A DNA stretch of 32,000 nucleotides from an uncultured Planctomycetia bacterium (GTDB lineage: Bacteria; Omnitrophota; Gorgyraeia; Duberdicusellales; 4484-171), in contig CAZHYN010000011.1 of NCBI GenBank assembly GCA_964536865.1, positions 15,248 through 47,247 on the forward strand, given 5' to 3'. How positions within the stretch are numbered: position 1 is the stretch's first letter; each line of letters begins with the position of its first letter. The notes below the pieces were generated by a model that was not told the origin of the DNA, searched no databases, and saw nothing but the letters and a program-made list of their open reading frames with translations. Position numbers and translations under genes: made by a program. Of the stretch, positions 6,655 to 14,276 are shown one piece after another.

Positions 6655-7611
6655 ATGAGTTCTTTTGAGAAAAATGAAAAAATAGAACGGAAAGAGGTAT
6701 TAATAATTGGAGGTGGTCCGGCAGGACTTAGTGCAGGAATCTACGCTGGATATTTTGGAATTGAGGCATTAATTCTTGAGAAGGGAATCTTGGGAGGCGT
6801 AGCGGGAGAAATTCCTCTGTTAGAGAACTATCCTGGGATTGAGAGTAAAATTACAGGTAGAGATTTAATAGAAAGAATGGTGAGAAGATGTGATGAGGTA
6901 GGAGTAGAGAGGCATCAGTTTGAAGAGGTTGTTAAATTACAACTTAAAGATACACCTAAAGTAGTGGAAACAGATAAGTCTAAATATCTTGCTGATAATG
7001 TAATTATTGCCTCAGGAAGAGCTCATAGAACATTGGGGGTAGTAGGAGAGGAGGAGTTTAGGGGAAGAGGAGTAAGCTACTGTGCTGTGTGTGATGGAGC
7101 TTTCTTCAAGAATAGGAAAGTGACAGTAATAGGAGAAAGTTTTCCTGTTGTAGAAGTTGCTTTATATTTTTCTAATTTAGCATCGGAAGTAGTTCTAGTG
7201 TATTTAGGTTCTAAAATAGATATAGAAAAGAGTTTAATCACTAGATTAGAAGAAAAGAAAGTAAAACTTCTAAAAAACGTAGAGGTGAAGGAGATTAAAG
7301 GAGAAGTTAAAGTAAGAAGTGTGGTTGTAGGGGATAAAAAAACACACGTTACTAAGGAGATAGACACCGATGGTGTATTCTTTCAGGTAGAGGGAATTCC
7401 CCAGAGCAGACTAGCGAAAGAGGCAGGGGTGAGGGTAGACAAAGAAGAATATGTGATTATAGATGAAAAGATGAGAACCAATATTAAAGGAGTGTATGCT
7501 ATCGGCGATGTTACTAGTTGTGAAGTTAAACGGATAATTACTGGAGTTGCTCAGGCTTTAGTAGCCATCACGGATATATTTAGGGAGAAAGCCGGATATG
7601 TTACAAAATAA
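6655..7611 (+). CDS. Thioredoxin-reductase-like flavoprotein lacking the NADPH-binding signatures
   Basis: FAD motif IIGGGPAGLSAG, redox-active CAVCDG, and distal GVYAIGDV. The second dinucleotide motif reads VTVIGESFPVVE instead of GGGxxA, and the HRRxxxR position reads VYLGSKID. Confidence 0.85.
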   Translation: MSSFEKNEKIERKEVLIIGGGPAGLSAGIYAGYFGIEALILEKGILGGVAGEIPLLENYPGIESKITGRDLIERMVRRCDEVGVERHQFEEVVKLQLKDTPKVVETDKSKYLADNVIIASGRAHRTLGVVGEEEFRGRGVSYCAVCDGAFFKNRKVTVIGESFPVVEVALYFSNLASEVVLVYLGSKIDIEKSLITRLEEKKVKLLKNVEVKEIKGEVKVRSVVVGDKKTHVTKEIDTDGVFFQVEGIPQSRLAKEAGVRVDKEEYVIIDEKMRTNIKGVYAIGDVTSCEVKRIITGVAQALVAITDIFREKAGYVTK

Positions 7612-9382
7612 TCCAGAAAAGCGAATAGGTATTTTTGTTTGTCATTGTGGTAAGAATATCGCAGGAGGAGTAGATGTTCAAGGGTTAGTTGAATTTTCAA
7701 AACATCTTGAGGGTGTAACTTTTGCTACAGATAACAAATTCTGTTGTTCCCAAGAGGGACAGATTATTATTCAAAAAGCGATAAAAGAGAATAATCTAAG
7801 TAGATTTATTGTAGCTGCCTGTAGTCCCAATCTTCATTTAGGGACATTTCAGAGATGTGGTAAAGAAGTAGGGGTAGAGGAAGCATTCGTTGACCTAATT
7901 GATATTAGGAAATGGACTATGTCTGGTAGTCCCTACAAAGTCAATCCTCAAGAAGCTTTTGAGAATTCTAAGAAGCTTATTAGTCAGGCAGTAAAAAGAA
8001 TGCGTCTTAAGCGATTAATTCCTAAAGTTAATGTGAAAGTTGAACAATCAGTATTGGTCATTGGAGGAGGTATAGCAGGTTTAGAGGTAGCTTTGGACTT
8101 AGGAGAGAAGGGGTATAAAGTTTACATTGTAGAACGTCTTCCTACCATTGGAGGCAAGATGGCTTTGCTCTATAAGGTTTTTCCTACAAATGATTGTGCA
8201 CCTTGTATACTAGCGCCTAAGACTGCTTATGCCAACATTCATCCTAATATAGAGATCTTTACTAATGCAGAAGTTACCAATGTGAAGGGATATATAGGGA
8301 ATTTTGAGGTTACAATTACTCAGAATCCTCGCTATGTTGATGAGAGTAAGTGTACAGGATGTGGAATATGTGTAGATAAGTGTCCTGTGGAGGTAATAGA
8401 TAAGGAATTTTCAGGAGGGTTGGGAAAACGGAAAGCAATATATATCCCTTACGAACAAGCAGTTCCTAAGAAAGCCACTATTGACTCTCAAAATTGTCTC
8501 TACTTTAGAAAGGGTATTTGTAAGGTGTGTGAAAAAGTTTGTCCTCAGAATGCTGTAGATTTTCATCAGCAGACTAAAACAGTAACATTAAAGGTAGGGA
8601 GTATAGTTGTGGCTACAGGTTTTGATGAATACGAGCCTACCAAGAAAGTAGAGTATGGATACACTCGGTATAAGGATGTTATTACCCAGTTTCAATTAGC
8701 TCGGCTTTTAGATATAGATGGACCTACAAAGGGGAGACTTATAAGACCCAGCGATGGAAAAGAGCCAAAGAGGATTGCTATGATTCAGTGTGTGGGGTCG
8801 CGAGATGAAAATGCAAATAAGTATTGTTCTTCTGTTTGCTGTATGTATGCTTTAAAGCATGCCCAAATAATAAAAGAGATGATTTCCTCTGATATCGAGA
8901 TTTATATTTGTTATATAGATATGCGAACACCAGGAAAAGGATTTGAGGAATACTACCGACAGACAAGAGAGTTAGGAGTTAATTTTATTCATGGTAGACC
9001 AGCAGAGGTAATAGAAAACTTTGATAAGAAGAATTTTATTTTAAAAGTTGAAGATAAAGATATAGGAGCACTTCTTAACTTGGAAGTAGATCTAGTGGTA
9101 TTGTCTTGTGCTATAGTTCCTTCAAAAGGAGCTGAGCGTCTTTCGGAAATTTTGCACATAAATTTGGATGAAAATGGTTTCTTTCAGGAAGTCCATCCTA
9201 AACTTAGACCGGTAGAGACAAATATAAGAGGAATCTACATCTGTGGATGTGCCCAAGGACCAAAGGATATTCCCGACTCTATTACTCAAGCCAAGGCTGT
9301 TGCCTCTTGTATAGACAGTGAATTGAGAAAAGGAAGTATAGAACTTCCTGAGTTTATGATAAAGGCAGAGAGACCAAATTAG
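7598..9382 (+). CDS. hdrA: HdrA-like FAD/Fe-S flavoprotein (heterodisulfide reductase subunit A family), without the C-terminal ferredoxin domain
   Basis: GIFVCHCGKNIAGGVDV...CC...AACSPN; FAD fold VLVIGGGIAGLEVALDLGEKGYKVYIVE; inserted ferredoxin CTGCGICVDKCP and CKVCEKVCP; CVGSRD...CSSVCCMY; GCAQGPKDIP. Overlaps the preceding gene by 14 nt. Confidence 0.88.
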   Translation: MLQNNPEKRIGIFVCHCGKNIAGGVDVQGLVEFSKHLEGVTFATDNKFCCSQEGQIIIQKAIKENNLSRFIVAACSPNLHLGTFQRCGKEVGVEEAFVDLIDIRKWTMSGSPYKVNPQEAFENSKKLISQAVKRMRLKRLIPKVNVKVEQSVLVIGGGIAGLEVALDLGEKGYKVYIVERLPTIGGKMALLYKVFPTNDCAPCILAPKTAYANIHPNIEIFTNAEVTNVKGYIGNFEVTITQNPRYVDESKCTGCGICVDKCPVEVIDKEFSGGLGKRKAIYIPYEQAVPKKATIDSQNCLYFRKGICKVCEKVCPQNAVDFHQQTKTVTLKVGSIVVATGFDEYEPTKKVEYGYTRYKDVITQFQLARLLDIDGPTKGRLIRPSDGKEPKRIAMIQCVGSRDENANKYCSSVCCMYALKHAQIIKEMISSDIEIYICYIDMRTPGKGFEEYYRQTRELGVNFIHGRPAEVIENFDKKNFILKVEDKDIGALLNLEVDLVVLSCAIVPSKGAERLSEILHINLDENGFFQEVHPKLRPVETNIRGIYICGCAQGPKDIPDSITQAKAVASCIDSELRKGSIELPEFMIKAERPN

Positions 9383-9395
9383 GAGGTGGTAGAGT

Positions 9396-9665
9396 ATGGC
9401 TGAGATCTATATAGAAGAATTTATGTCACCAGGATGTGTAGGTTGTCCAGCGGTAAAACAGATGCTTGAAGAGTTAGTAAAGGAGTTAGATGGGGAGATT
9501 ACTATAGAGGAGGTGGATATAAGTGTCGATAGTGCAAGAGCTATTCAGTATGGGGTGATGTCCGTTCCAGCTATAGCTATTAACGGAATATTGAAATTCA
9601 TAGGTGTCCCAAAGAAAGAAGATTTAAGGAAAGCCTTGGAGGAGGAGTTAAAAAAGGATGGATAA
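9396..9665 (+). CDS. Small thioredoxin-fold protein (glutaredoxin-like/Thioredoxin_3 type), active site CVGC
   Basis: 89 aa with SPGCVGCPAVKQMLEEL...VMSVPAIAINGILKFIGVP, resembling archaeal mini-thioredoxins. SD GGAGGTGG upstream. Confidence 0.8.
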   Translation: MAEIYIEEFMSPGCVGCPAVKQMLEELVKELDGEITIEEVDISVDSARAIQYGVMSVPAIAINGILKFIGVPKKEDLRKALEEELKKDG

Positions 9666-10188
9666 GAAGGAGCTATTTAGCCAACCTATTTCAAACGTTA
9701 ATTTCGATCCTACTTTTGAAGCTGAAGTTATAGCTCATGAGGAGGCTAAAGATTTGAAGGCTTGTTTTAACTGTGGAGCTTGTACAGCAGGATGTCCTAT
9801 TCATGAAGTATTTCCTGAGTATGATCCTAAGAAGTTAGCTAAGATGGTAAGGTTAGGAATGAGAAAGGAGGTATTAAGTAGTCCTTATATTTGGTATTGT
9901 GCTACTTGTCACAACTGCGAACAACGTTGTCCTCAGAATGTTAAGTTTTTCAATGTTTTAAACGTCTTAAAGAATATGGCAGCTAAGGAAGGATATGCTC
10001 CTTCTGTATGGGTTGATCAGATAAAACATGTTATTAAGACAGGAATAATATTCCCCCCCCAAGAGAGTTGGATTAAAAGAAGGGAGAAGCTTTCTCTCCC
10101 CCCTTTAAGGTTGGAGGAGAGAGAAGAAATAAAAAAGATAATTGAACTGGAGGAGATTGATAGGTTAAGTAAGGATAAGAGTGAGTGA
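9658..10188 (+). CDS. hdrC: HdrC-like 2x[4Fe-4S] subunit
   Basis: CFNCGACTAGCP and CATCHNCEQRCP motifs with HdrC-like spacing. Overlaps neighbours by 8 nt on each side. Confidence 0.82.
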   Translation: MDKKELFSQPISNVNFDPTFEAEVIAHEEAKDLKACFNCGACTAGCPIHEVFPEYDPKKLAKMVRLGMRKEVLSSPYIWYCATCHNCEQRCPQNVKFFNVLNVLKNMAAKEGYAPSVWVDQIKHVIKTGIIFPPQESWIKRREKLSLPPLRLEEREEIKKIIELEEIDRLSKDKSE

Positions 10189-11056
10189 GTATGCTTTATT
10201 TTTAGGATGTACTACTCCTACAAAAGCTGTTCAATATGAGCTTGCTTCAAGATGGGTCTGCAGGCATTTAGAAATTAACCTAGTAGATATTAAAGATTTT
10301 TTTTGTTGTGGGATAAATCACGTTAATTTGGATAGAGAGACAGCACTTCTTATGGCAGCAGCAAACTTAGCTTATGCTGAAGCCAAAGGATTAGATATAC
10401 TTACTCTCTGTGCCGCTTGTACAGGAGCGCTTTCCGAAGCAATAGAGAAGTTAGAGAATTTCCAGATAAGAGAAAGGGTAAATGAAAAGTTACATAGAAT
10501 AGGCATAGAATATAAAGGAAAAGTTAGAGTAAAACATCTCTCTAGAGTTCTTTACGAAGATATAGGAGTAGAGAGATTGAGAAGAAGTATAAAAAGAGAT
10601 CTTTCTCAGCTCAAAGTAGCTCCCCATTATGGATGCCATTACTTGAAACCAAAAACTGCCCTAAGAGGAGTCGATGAGCCAGATAATCCTACAACATTAC
10701 ATGCTCTTATATCTGCTATAGGAGCTACTCCCGTAGAATATGAAACACTTAATCTTTGTTGTGGGGGTAAGGTATTTCCTGTTTCTGGAGAGTTAGCCCA
10801 TTCATTAATCCAGAAGAAGCTGGATAATTTGAAGGAGAAGGAAGTAGATGCAATGGTTCTTCAATGTCAGACTTGCTATCTTATGTATGGGGAAGAACAA
10901 AAGGAAATAGAAGGAAAGAGTGGTAAGAAATACAACCTACCAGTTATTTTTTACCCCCAACTCTTAGGAGTGGCTTTAGGAGCAGATCCTATAAAAGATT
11001 TAGGGTTTAATTTTCATACTATTTCTGTGGATGGTCTTTTAAGTAAAGTGAGATAG
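10181..11056 (+). CDS. hdrB: HdrB-like subunit with two complete CCG domains
   Basis: Domain 1: LGC...FFCCGINH...LCAACTG. Domain 2: HYGCHYLKP...LCCGGKV...LQCQTCYL. Both show the Cx(n)CCGx(n)CxxC pattern. GTG start overlaps the hdrC stop. Confidence 0.85.
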   Translation: MSEYALFLGCTTPTKAVQYELASRWVCRHLEINLVDIKDFFCCGINHVNLDRETALLMAAANLAYAEAKGLDILTLCAACTGALSEAIEKLENFQIRERVNEKLHRIGIEYKGKVRVKHLSRVLYEDIGVERLRRSIKRDLSQLKVAPHYGCHYLKPKTALRGVDEPDNPTTLHALISAIGATPVEYETLNLCCGGKVFPVSGELAHSLIQKKLDNLKEKEVDAMVLQCQTCYLMYGEEQKEIEGKSGKKYNLPVIFYPQLLGVALGADPIKDLGFNFHTISVDGLLSKVR

Positions 11057-11065
11057 GAAGTTTCG

Positions 11066-11650
11066 ATGTATTCTAAAGTAAGAAAGTGGTTGGAGGAGGA
11101 TGGAGAAAAATTCTTAAGGAAAGTTGGACTTAGGAGGGGGCAAATAGTGTTAGATTTTGGATGTGGAGAAGGACATTATACTATTCCTGCAAGTAAAGTA
11201 ATTGGGGAAAAAGGTAAGGTCTATGCTTTTGATAAGGATGCTTATATACTAGAGAGACTAAGAAGATTAGCCGAAGAAGAAGGATTAAGCAACATAGAGA
11301 TAATTAAAGGGGATACCAAGATTCCTTTAGAAGATAACTCTATTGATGTAGTTCTCTGTTATGACGTTATCCATTATGAAAAATATAGAGAGAGGATTTA
11401 TAAAGAAGTCTTTCGTATTTTAAAATCAGAGGGCTTCTTTTCTCTTTATCCTAAGCACTATAGAGATGATTATCCTCTGATGGAGTTAGCATCTTTAGGA
11501 TTGGAAGAAGTAATAAAAGAAGTAGAGAAAGTTGGTTTTACTTTACAAGAAAAATTGTTCTATCAGTGTCTTCATGATGAATATTACAATGAGTGCTGTA
11601 TATTAAATTTTATTATTTCTGAAGAGAAAAAGGAGGAAAGTAGTGTTTAA
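11066..11650 (+). CDS. Class I SAM-dependent methyltransferase
   Basis: Motif I VLDFGCGEGHYT, post-I acidic residue (YAFDKD), and motif II/III-like IDVVLCYDVIHY...ILKSEGFF. Confidence 0.8.
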   Translation: MYSKVRKWLEEDGEKFLRKVGLRRGQIVLDFGCGEGHYTIPASKVIGEKGKVYAFDKDAYILERLRRLAEEEGLSNIEIIKGDTKIPLEDNSIDVVLCYDVIHYEKYRERIYKEVFRILKSEGFFSLYPKHYRDDYPLMELASLGLEEVIKEVEKVGFTLQEKLFYQCLHDEYYNECCILNFIISEEKKEESSV

Positions 11651-11936
11651 AGTAGATGAGAAAAAGTGTATCGGATGTGGAGCTTGTATAAATGTTTGCC
11701 CTGTTGGCGCAATATCAATGAAGGATGGAAAAGCTAAGATTGATGTAAAGAAATGTTTAAACTGTGGGAAGTGTGCTCAAGTTTGTCCTCAAGAAGCGAT
11801 CTATTCTGAGTCAGGTGAATTCCAAAGTAAATTTATTCCTAGACCAGGTTTTAATTTCTTTACTTTTAGTAGAGGGAGAGGTATGTCTGGAAGGAGAAAG
11901 AAAGGTTTTGGTAGGGGAAGAGGAGGGAGGTGGTGA
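11643..11936 (+). CDS. 2x[4Fe-4S] ferredoxin with an Arg/Gly-rich C-terminal tail
   Basis: CIGCGACINVCP and CLNCGKCAQVCP, then a tail SRGRGMSGRRKKGFGRGRGGRW. GTG start overlaps the methyltransferase gene by 8 nt. Confidence 0.8.
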   Translation: MFKVDEKKCIGCGACINVCPVGAISMKDGKAKIDVKKCLNCGKCAQVCPQEAIYSESGEFQSKFIPRPGFNFFTFSRGRGMSGRRKKGFGRGRGGRW

Positions 11937-12105
11937 GAGAATTTTTATTAATGAACTCTCTAAGAGCATAAGAGGGTTATAATTTCCCTCGGAGTTTTCT
12001 TAGTAGAGGAGGAGGCCTTATAGAATTATTTAGAAAGGCTTGGAAGGATAATTTTATTGAATTTAGGTGTGGAGCAAAAATTGAGATTTAATTCTGGAGG
12101 TAATT

Positions 12106-12750
12106 ATGAAGATTACAATAATTTCTGATAATACCATTTATAATAAAGAGTTAAGGAGTGAATGGGGCTTCTCTTGTTTAGTAGAAATAGAAAATTTACC
12201 TAAGATTCTATTTGACACAGGAGCAAGTGGAGAGGTTTTATTGGGGAATATGGAAAAGTTAAAAATTCGTCCTGAGGAGATTACAACTATTTTTATTTCC
12301 CACGATCACTGGGATCATACAGGAGGGTTGAGCAGTTTTTTAAAAATTAATAACAGAATTAAACTTTATGTTCCTGAGTCATTTTCTTCTCATCCCGAAG
12401 TGAAAGAATTTATCAAAGTGAGAGATTCTATAGAAATTTTTGATAATGTTTTTTCTACGGGAGAATTACTGGGAATAGAACAATCTCTAATAGTAAAATT
12501 AAGAAAGGAAGTAGTTGTGATTGTAGGGTGTTCCCACCCAGGAGTAAAAAATATTTTAAAGGAAGCTTCTAAGTTTGGAAGAGTTATTGCCTTAATTGGA
12601 GGTCTGCATGGATTTAGAGAATTCGATTTGGTTAAGAATTTAGATTTTATATGTGCTACACATTGTACCCAGTATAGAGAGGAAATAAGAAGATTGTATC
12701 CAGGTAAATTTATAGAAGGAGGTTCAGGCAAGCTAATAAAGATAGAATAG
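12106..12750 (+). CDS. MBL-fold metallo-hydrolase
   Basis: ISHDHWDHTGG (HxHxDH) motif. N-terminus ITIISDN...EWGFSCLVE...ILFDTGASG resembles the small MBL family often annotated as dihydropterin-derivative synthase-like. SD GGAGG upstream. Confidence 0.8.
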   Translation: MKITIISDNTIYNKELRSEWGFSCLVEIENLPKILFDTGASGEVLLGNMEKLKIRPEEITTIFISHDHWDHTGGLSSFLKINNRIKLYVPESFSSHPEVKEFIKVRDSIEIFDNVFSTGELLGIEQSLIVKLRKEVVVIVGCSHPGVKNILKEASKFGRVIALIGGLHGFREFDLVKNLDFICATHCTQYREEIRRLYPGKFIEGGSGKLIKIE

Positions 12751-12802
12751 AGATATATAAGGCAGAAATCAGAAGATTAAAAGAGAGAGGGGAGGGATAG
12801 CG

Positions 12803-12823
12803 TTTAATTTACCCCCGAACTAC
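12803..12823. repeat. Third copy of the TTTACCCCC(G/A)A(A/C)C(T/C)AC motif seen at 4144-4226
   Basis: TTTAATTTACCCCCGAACTAC. Its reverse complement GTAGTTCGGGGGTAAATTAAA closely matches GTGGTTCGGGGTTTACTTAAA at 4203-4223. Intergenic. Confidence 0.4.
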
Positions 12824-12905
12824 GCATATGAGTAATCTAGTTTATCTTTATGGAATTCTTTTTTAATGTCCTTAAAAAATATACTGACAGAGAAGTTATA
12901 GCAGT

Positions 12906-13385
12906 ATGGAAAGAGAAGAGGCATTGCGTCTGTTAGAGAGTAATCTCAAAAATAAGAACTTGATTAACCATAGTTTAGCAGTGGAAGCCTGTATGGGGAA
13001 GTTGGCACAAAGTCTTAACGAAGATGAGAAGAGTTGGGCTTTAGCCGGGCTTCTCCATGACTTAGATTATCAGGAGACAAGGGGAGATTTTTCTAGACAC
13101 GGATTTGTTACTGCGGAAATTTTGAAGGAAAAGGAGGTGGATGAAGAGATAATCGAAGCTATAAAGGCTCATCCTGGTCATATTGAGAGGAAGACAAAGA
13201 TGGCTAAGGCTTTATATGCTGTTGATCCTTTAACGGGATTAATCATAGCATCTGCTTTAATGCATCCTCAGAGGAAATTAGAAGCTTTGGATACTCGGTT
13301 TGTTATGAATAGATTTAAAGAAAAAAGTTTTGCTAGAGGAGCTAATCGAGAACAGATAAAAAGCTGTGAAGAGTTAGGGCTCTAA
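12906..13385 (+). CDS. HD-domain phosphohydrolase; the apparent 3' frameshift leaves the conserved C-terminus (to 13453) in another frame
   Basis: HSLAVEACM...LLHDLDY...KAHPGH motifs. The frame stops at ...CEELGL*. The +2 frame from 13385 continues with SLEEFIDICLEAMREIKEDLGL*, which looks like the family's usual C-terminal helix. Confidence 0.8.
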   Translation: MEREEALRLLESNLKNKNLINHSLAVEACMGKLAQSLNEDEKSWALAGLLHDLDYQETRGDFSRHGFVTAEILKEKEVDEEIIEAIKAHPGHIERKTKMAKALYAVDPLTGLIIASALMHPQRKLEALDTRFVMNRFKEKSFARGANREQIKSCEELGL

Positions 13386-13659
13386 GTTTGGAGGAATTTA
13401 TAGACATTTGCTTGGAGGCAATGAGAGAGATTAAAGAAGATCTTGGATTGTAAGAATAGAGATTCTGTAATGAAGAGTACAGGTAAGGAGATAAGTGTTA
13501 ATTTTAAGCAAAAAAGGATTTAGATTCTAAATGTGATGCAAATTATGGATGGGTAGACACTTTAAAGGGTAACAAAGAGCATCTTCTTCTTCATATTAAA
13601 GAAATTCCCCATGATTGTTGAATACTACATTTGTGTTTCTTAAAGGTAAGAAAGGAGGG

Positions 13660-13980
13660 ATGATGGAGGTTAGAGTGGATGATACAAATTTCCAGCAGGA
13701 AGTATTAGAGTCAGATATTCCAGCTTTAGTAGATTTTTGGGCTCCTTGGTGTATGCCTTGTCATATAGTTGCTCCTATTCTTTCTGAGATTGCTATAGAG
13801 TATGAGGGAAAGTTGAAGGTATGTAAGTTAAATGTTGACGAAGCTCCTAATATCGCTTCCCGGTATGAAGTAATGAGTATACCTACCTTGGCACTGTTTA
13901 AAAAAGGTGAAATGGTAGACAAAATTATTGGTGCTGTTGGTAAGCCCGAATTAGAAAATATGGTTAAATATTATATTTGA
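13660..13980 (+). CDS. trxA: Thioredoxin (active site WCMPC)
   Basis: FQQEVLESDIPALVDFWAPWCMPCHIVAPIL...KLNVDEAPNIASRYEVMSIPTLALFKKGE. SD AAAGGAGGG immediately precedes ATG 13660; the track start at 13615 is a TTG with no SD. Confidence 0.92.
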   Translation: MMEVRVDDTNFQQEVLESDIPALVDFWAPWCMPCHIVAPILSEIAIEYEGKLKVCKLNVDEAPNIASRYEVMSIPTLALFKKGEMVDKIIGAVGKPELENMVKYYI

Positions 13981-14031
13981 GGAATAAAAGTGAGATATAG
14001 AATTGGAAGATACAATTTATTGATTAATTTG

Positions 14032-14060
14032 TTGACATTTGGGAAAGAGAAAAATAAAAT
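14032..14060 (+). promoter_or_regulatory. Promoter of tRNA-Glu: TTGACA, 17-nt spacer, TAAAAT
   Basis: TTGACA at 14032-14037 and TAAAAT at 14055-14060. The tRNA 5' end lies 13 nt downstream. Confidence 0.65.
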
Positions 14061-14072
14061 ATGAGTGCATCT

Positions 14073-14150
14073 GGCCCCATCGTCTAGCCCGGTTAAGGAT
14101 ACGTGGTTCTCAGCCACGAGGCACGGGTTCAAATCCCGTTGGGGCTGCCA
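14073..14150 (+). tRNA. tRNA-Glu (anticodon CUC), CCA encoded
   Basis: Manual cloverleaf: acceptor GGCCCCA/TGGGGCT (G1-U72), D stem GTCT/GGAT, anticodon stem CGTGG/CCACG with loop TTCTCAG, T arm ACGGG-TTCAAAT-CCCGT, discriminator G, then CCA. A T-run follows. Confidence 0.9.
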
Positions 14151-14276
14151 CTTTTTTATCTTTCTAAAAATTTCCTCTTCTATTTTTTAACCCAGAGAAG
14201 GTCTTTTCAGTATTTTTCTCTGAGTGAAGACTTGAAAATTGCATATTTATATGTTATATCTCAACTGCTGAGCAAG

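Noticed and set aside
11764-11982. 72-aa ORF in an alternative frame over the 3' half of the ferredoxin gene.
   Set aside because: It overlaps the frame that carries the second CxxCxxCxxxCP motif, and it has no SD and no motifs. It is a frame shadow caused by the purine-rich RG-tail region.
13615-13659. TTG-initiated 15-codon N-terminal extension of trxA given by the ORF track.
   Set aside because: A strong SD (AAAGGAGGG) directly precedes ATG 13660, and thioredoxins of about 106 aa start there. The extension has no SD.
14103-14276. N-terminal 58 codons of track ORF 14103-14561.
   Set aside because: This part overlaps the 3' half of tRNA-Glu (14073-14150), and MVLSHEARVQIPLGLP is simply the tRNA read as protein. 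Only the zinc-ribbon part from ATG 14277 is plausible.
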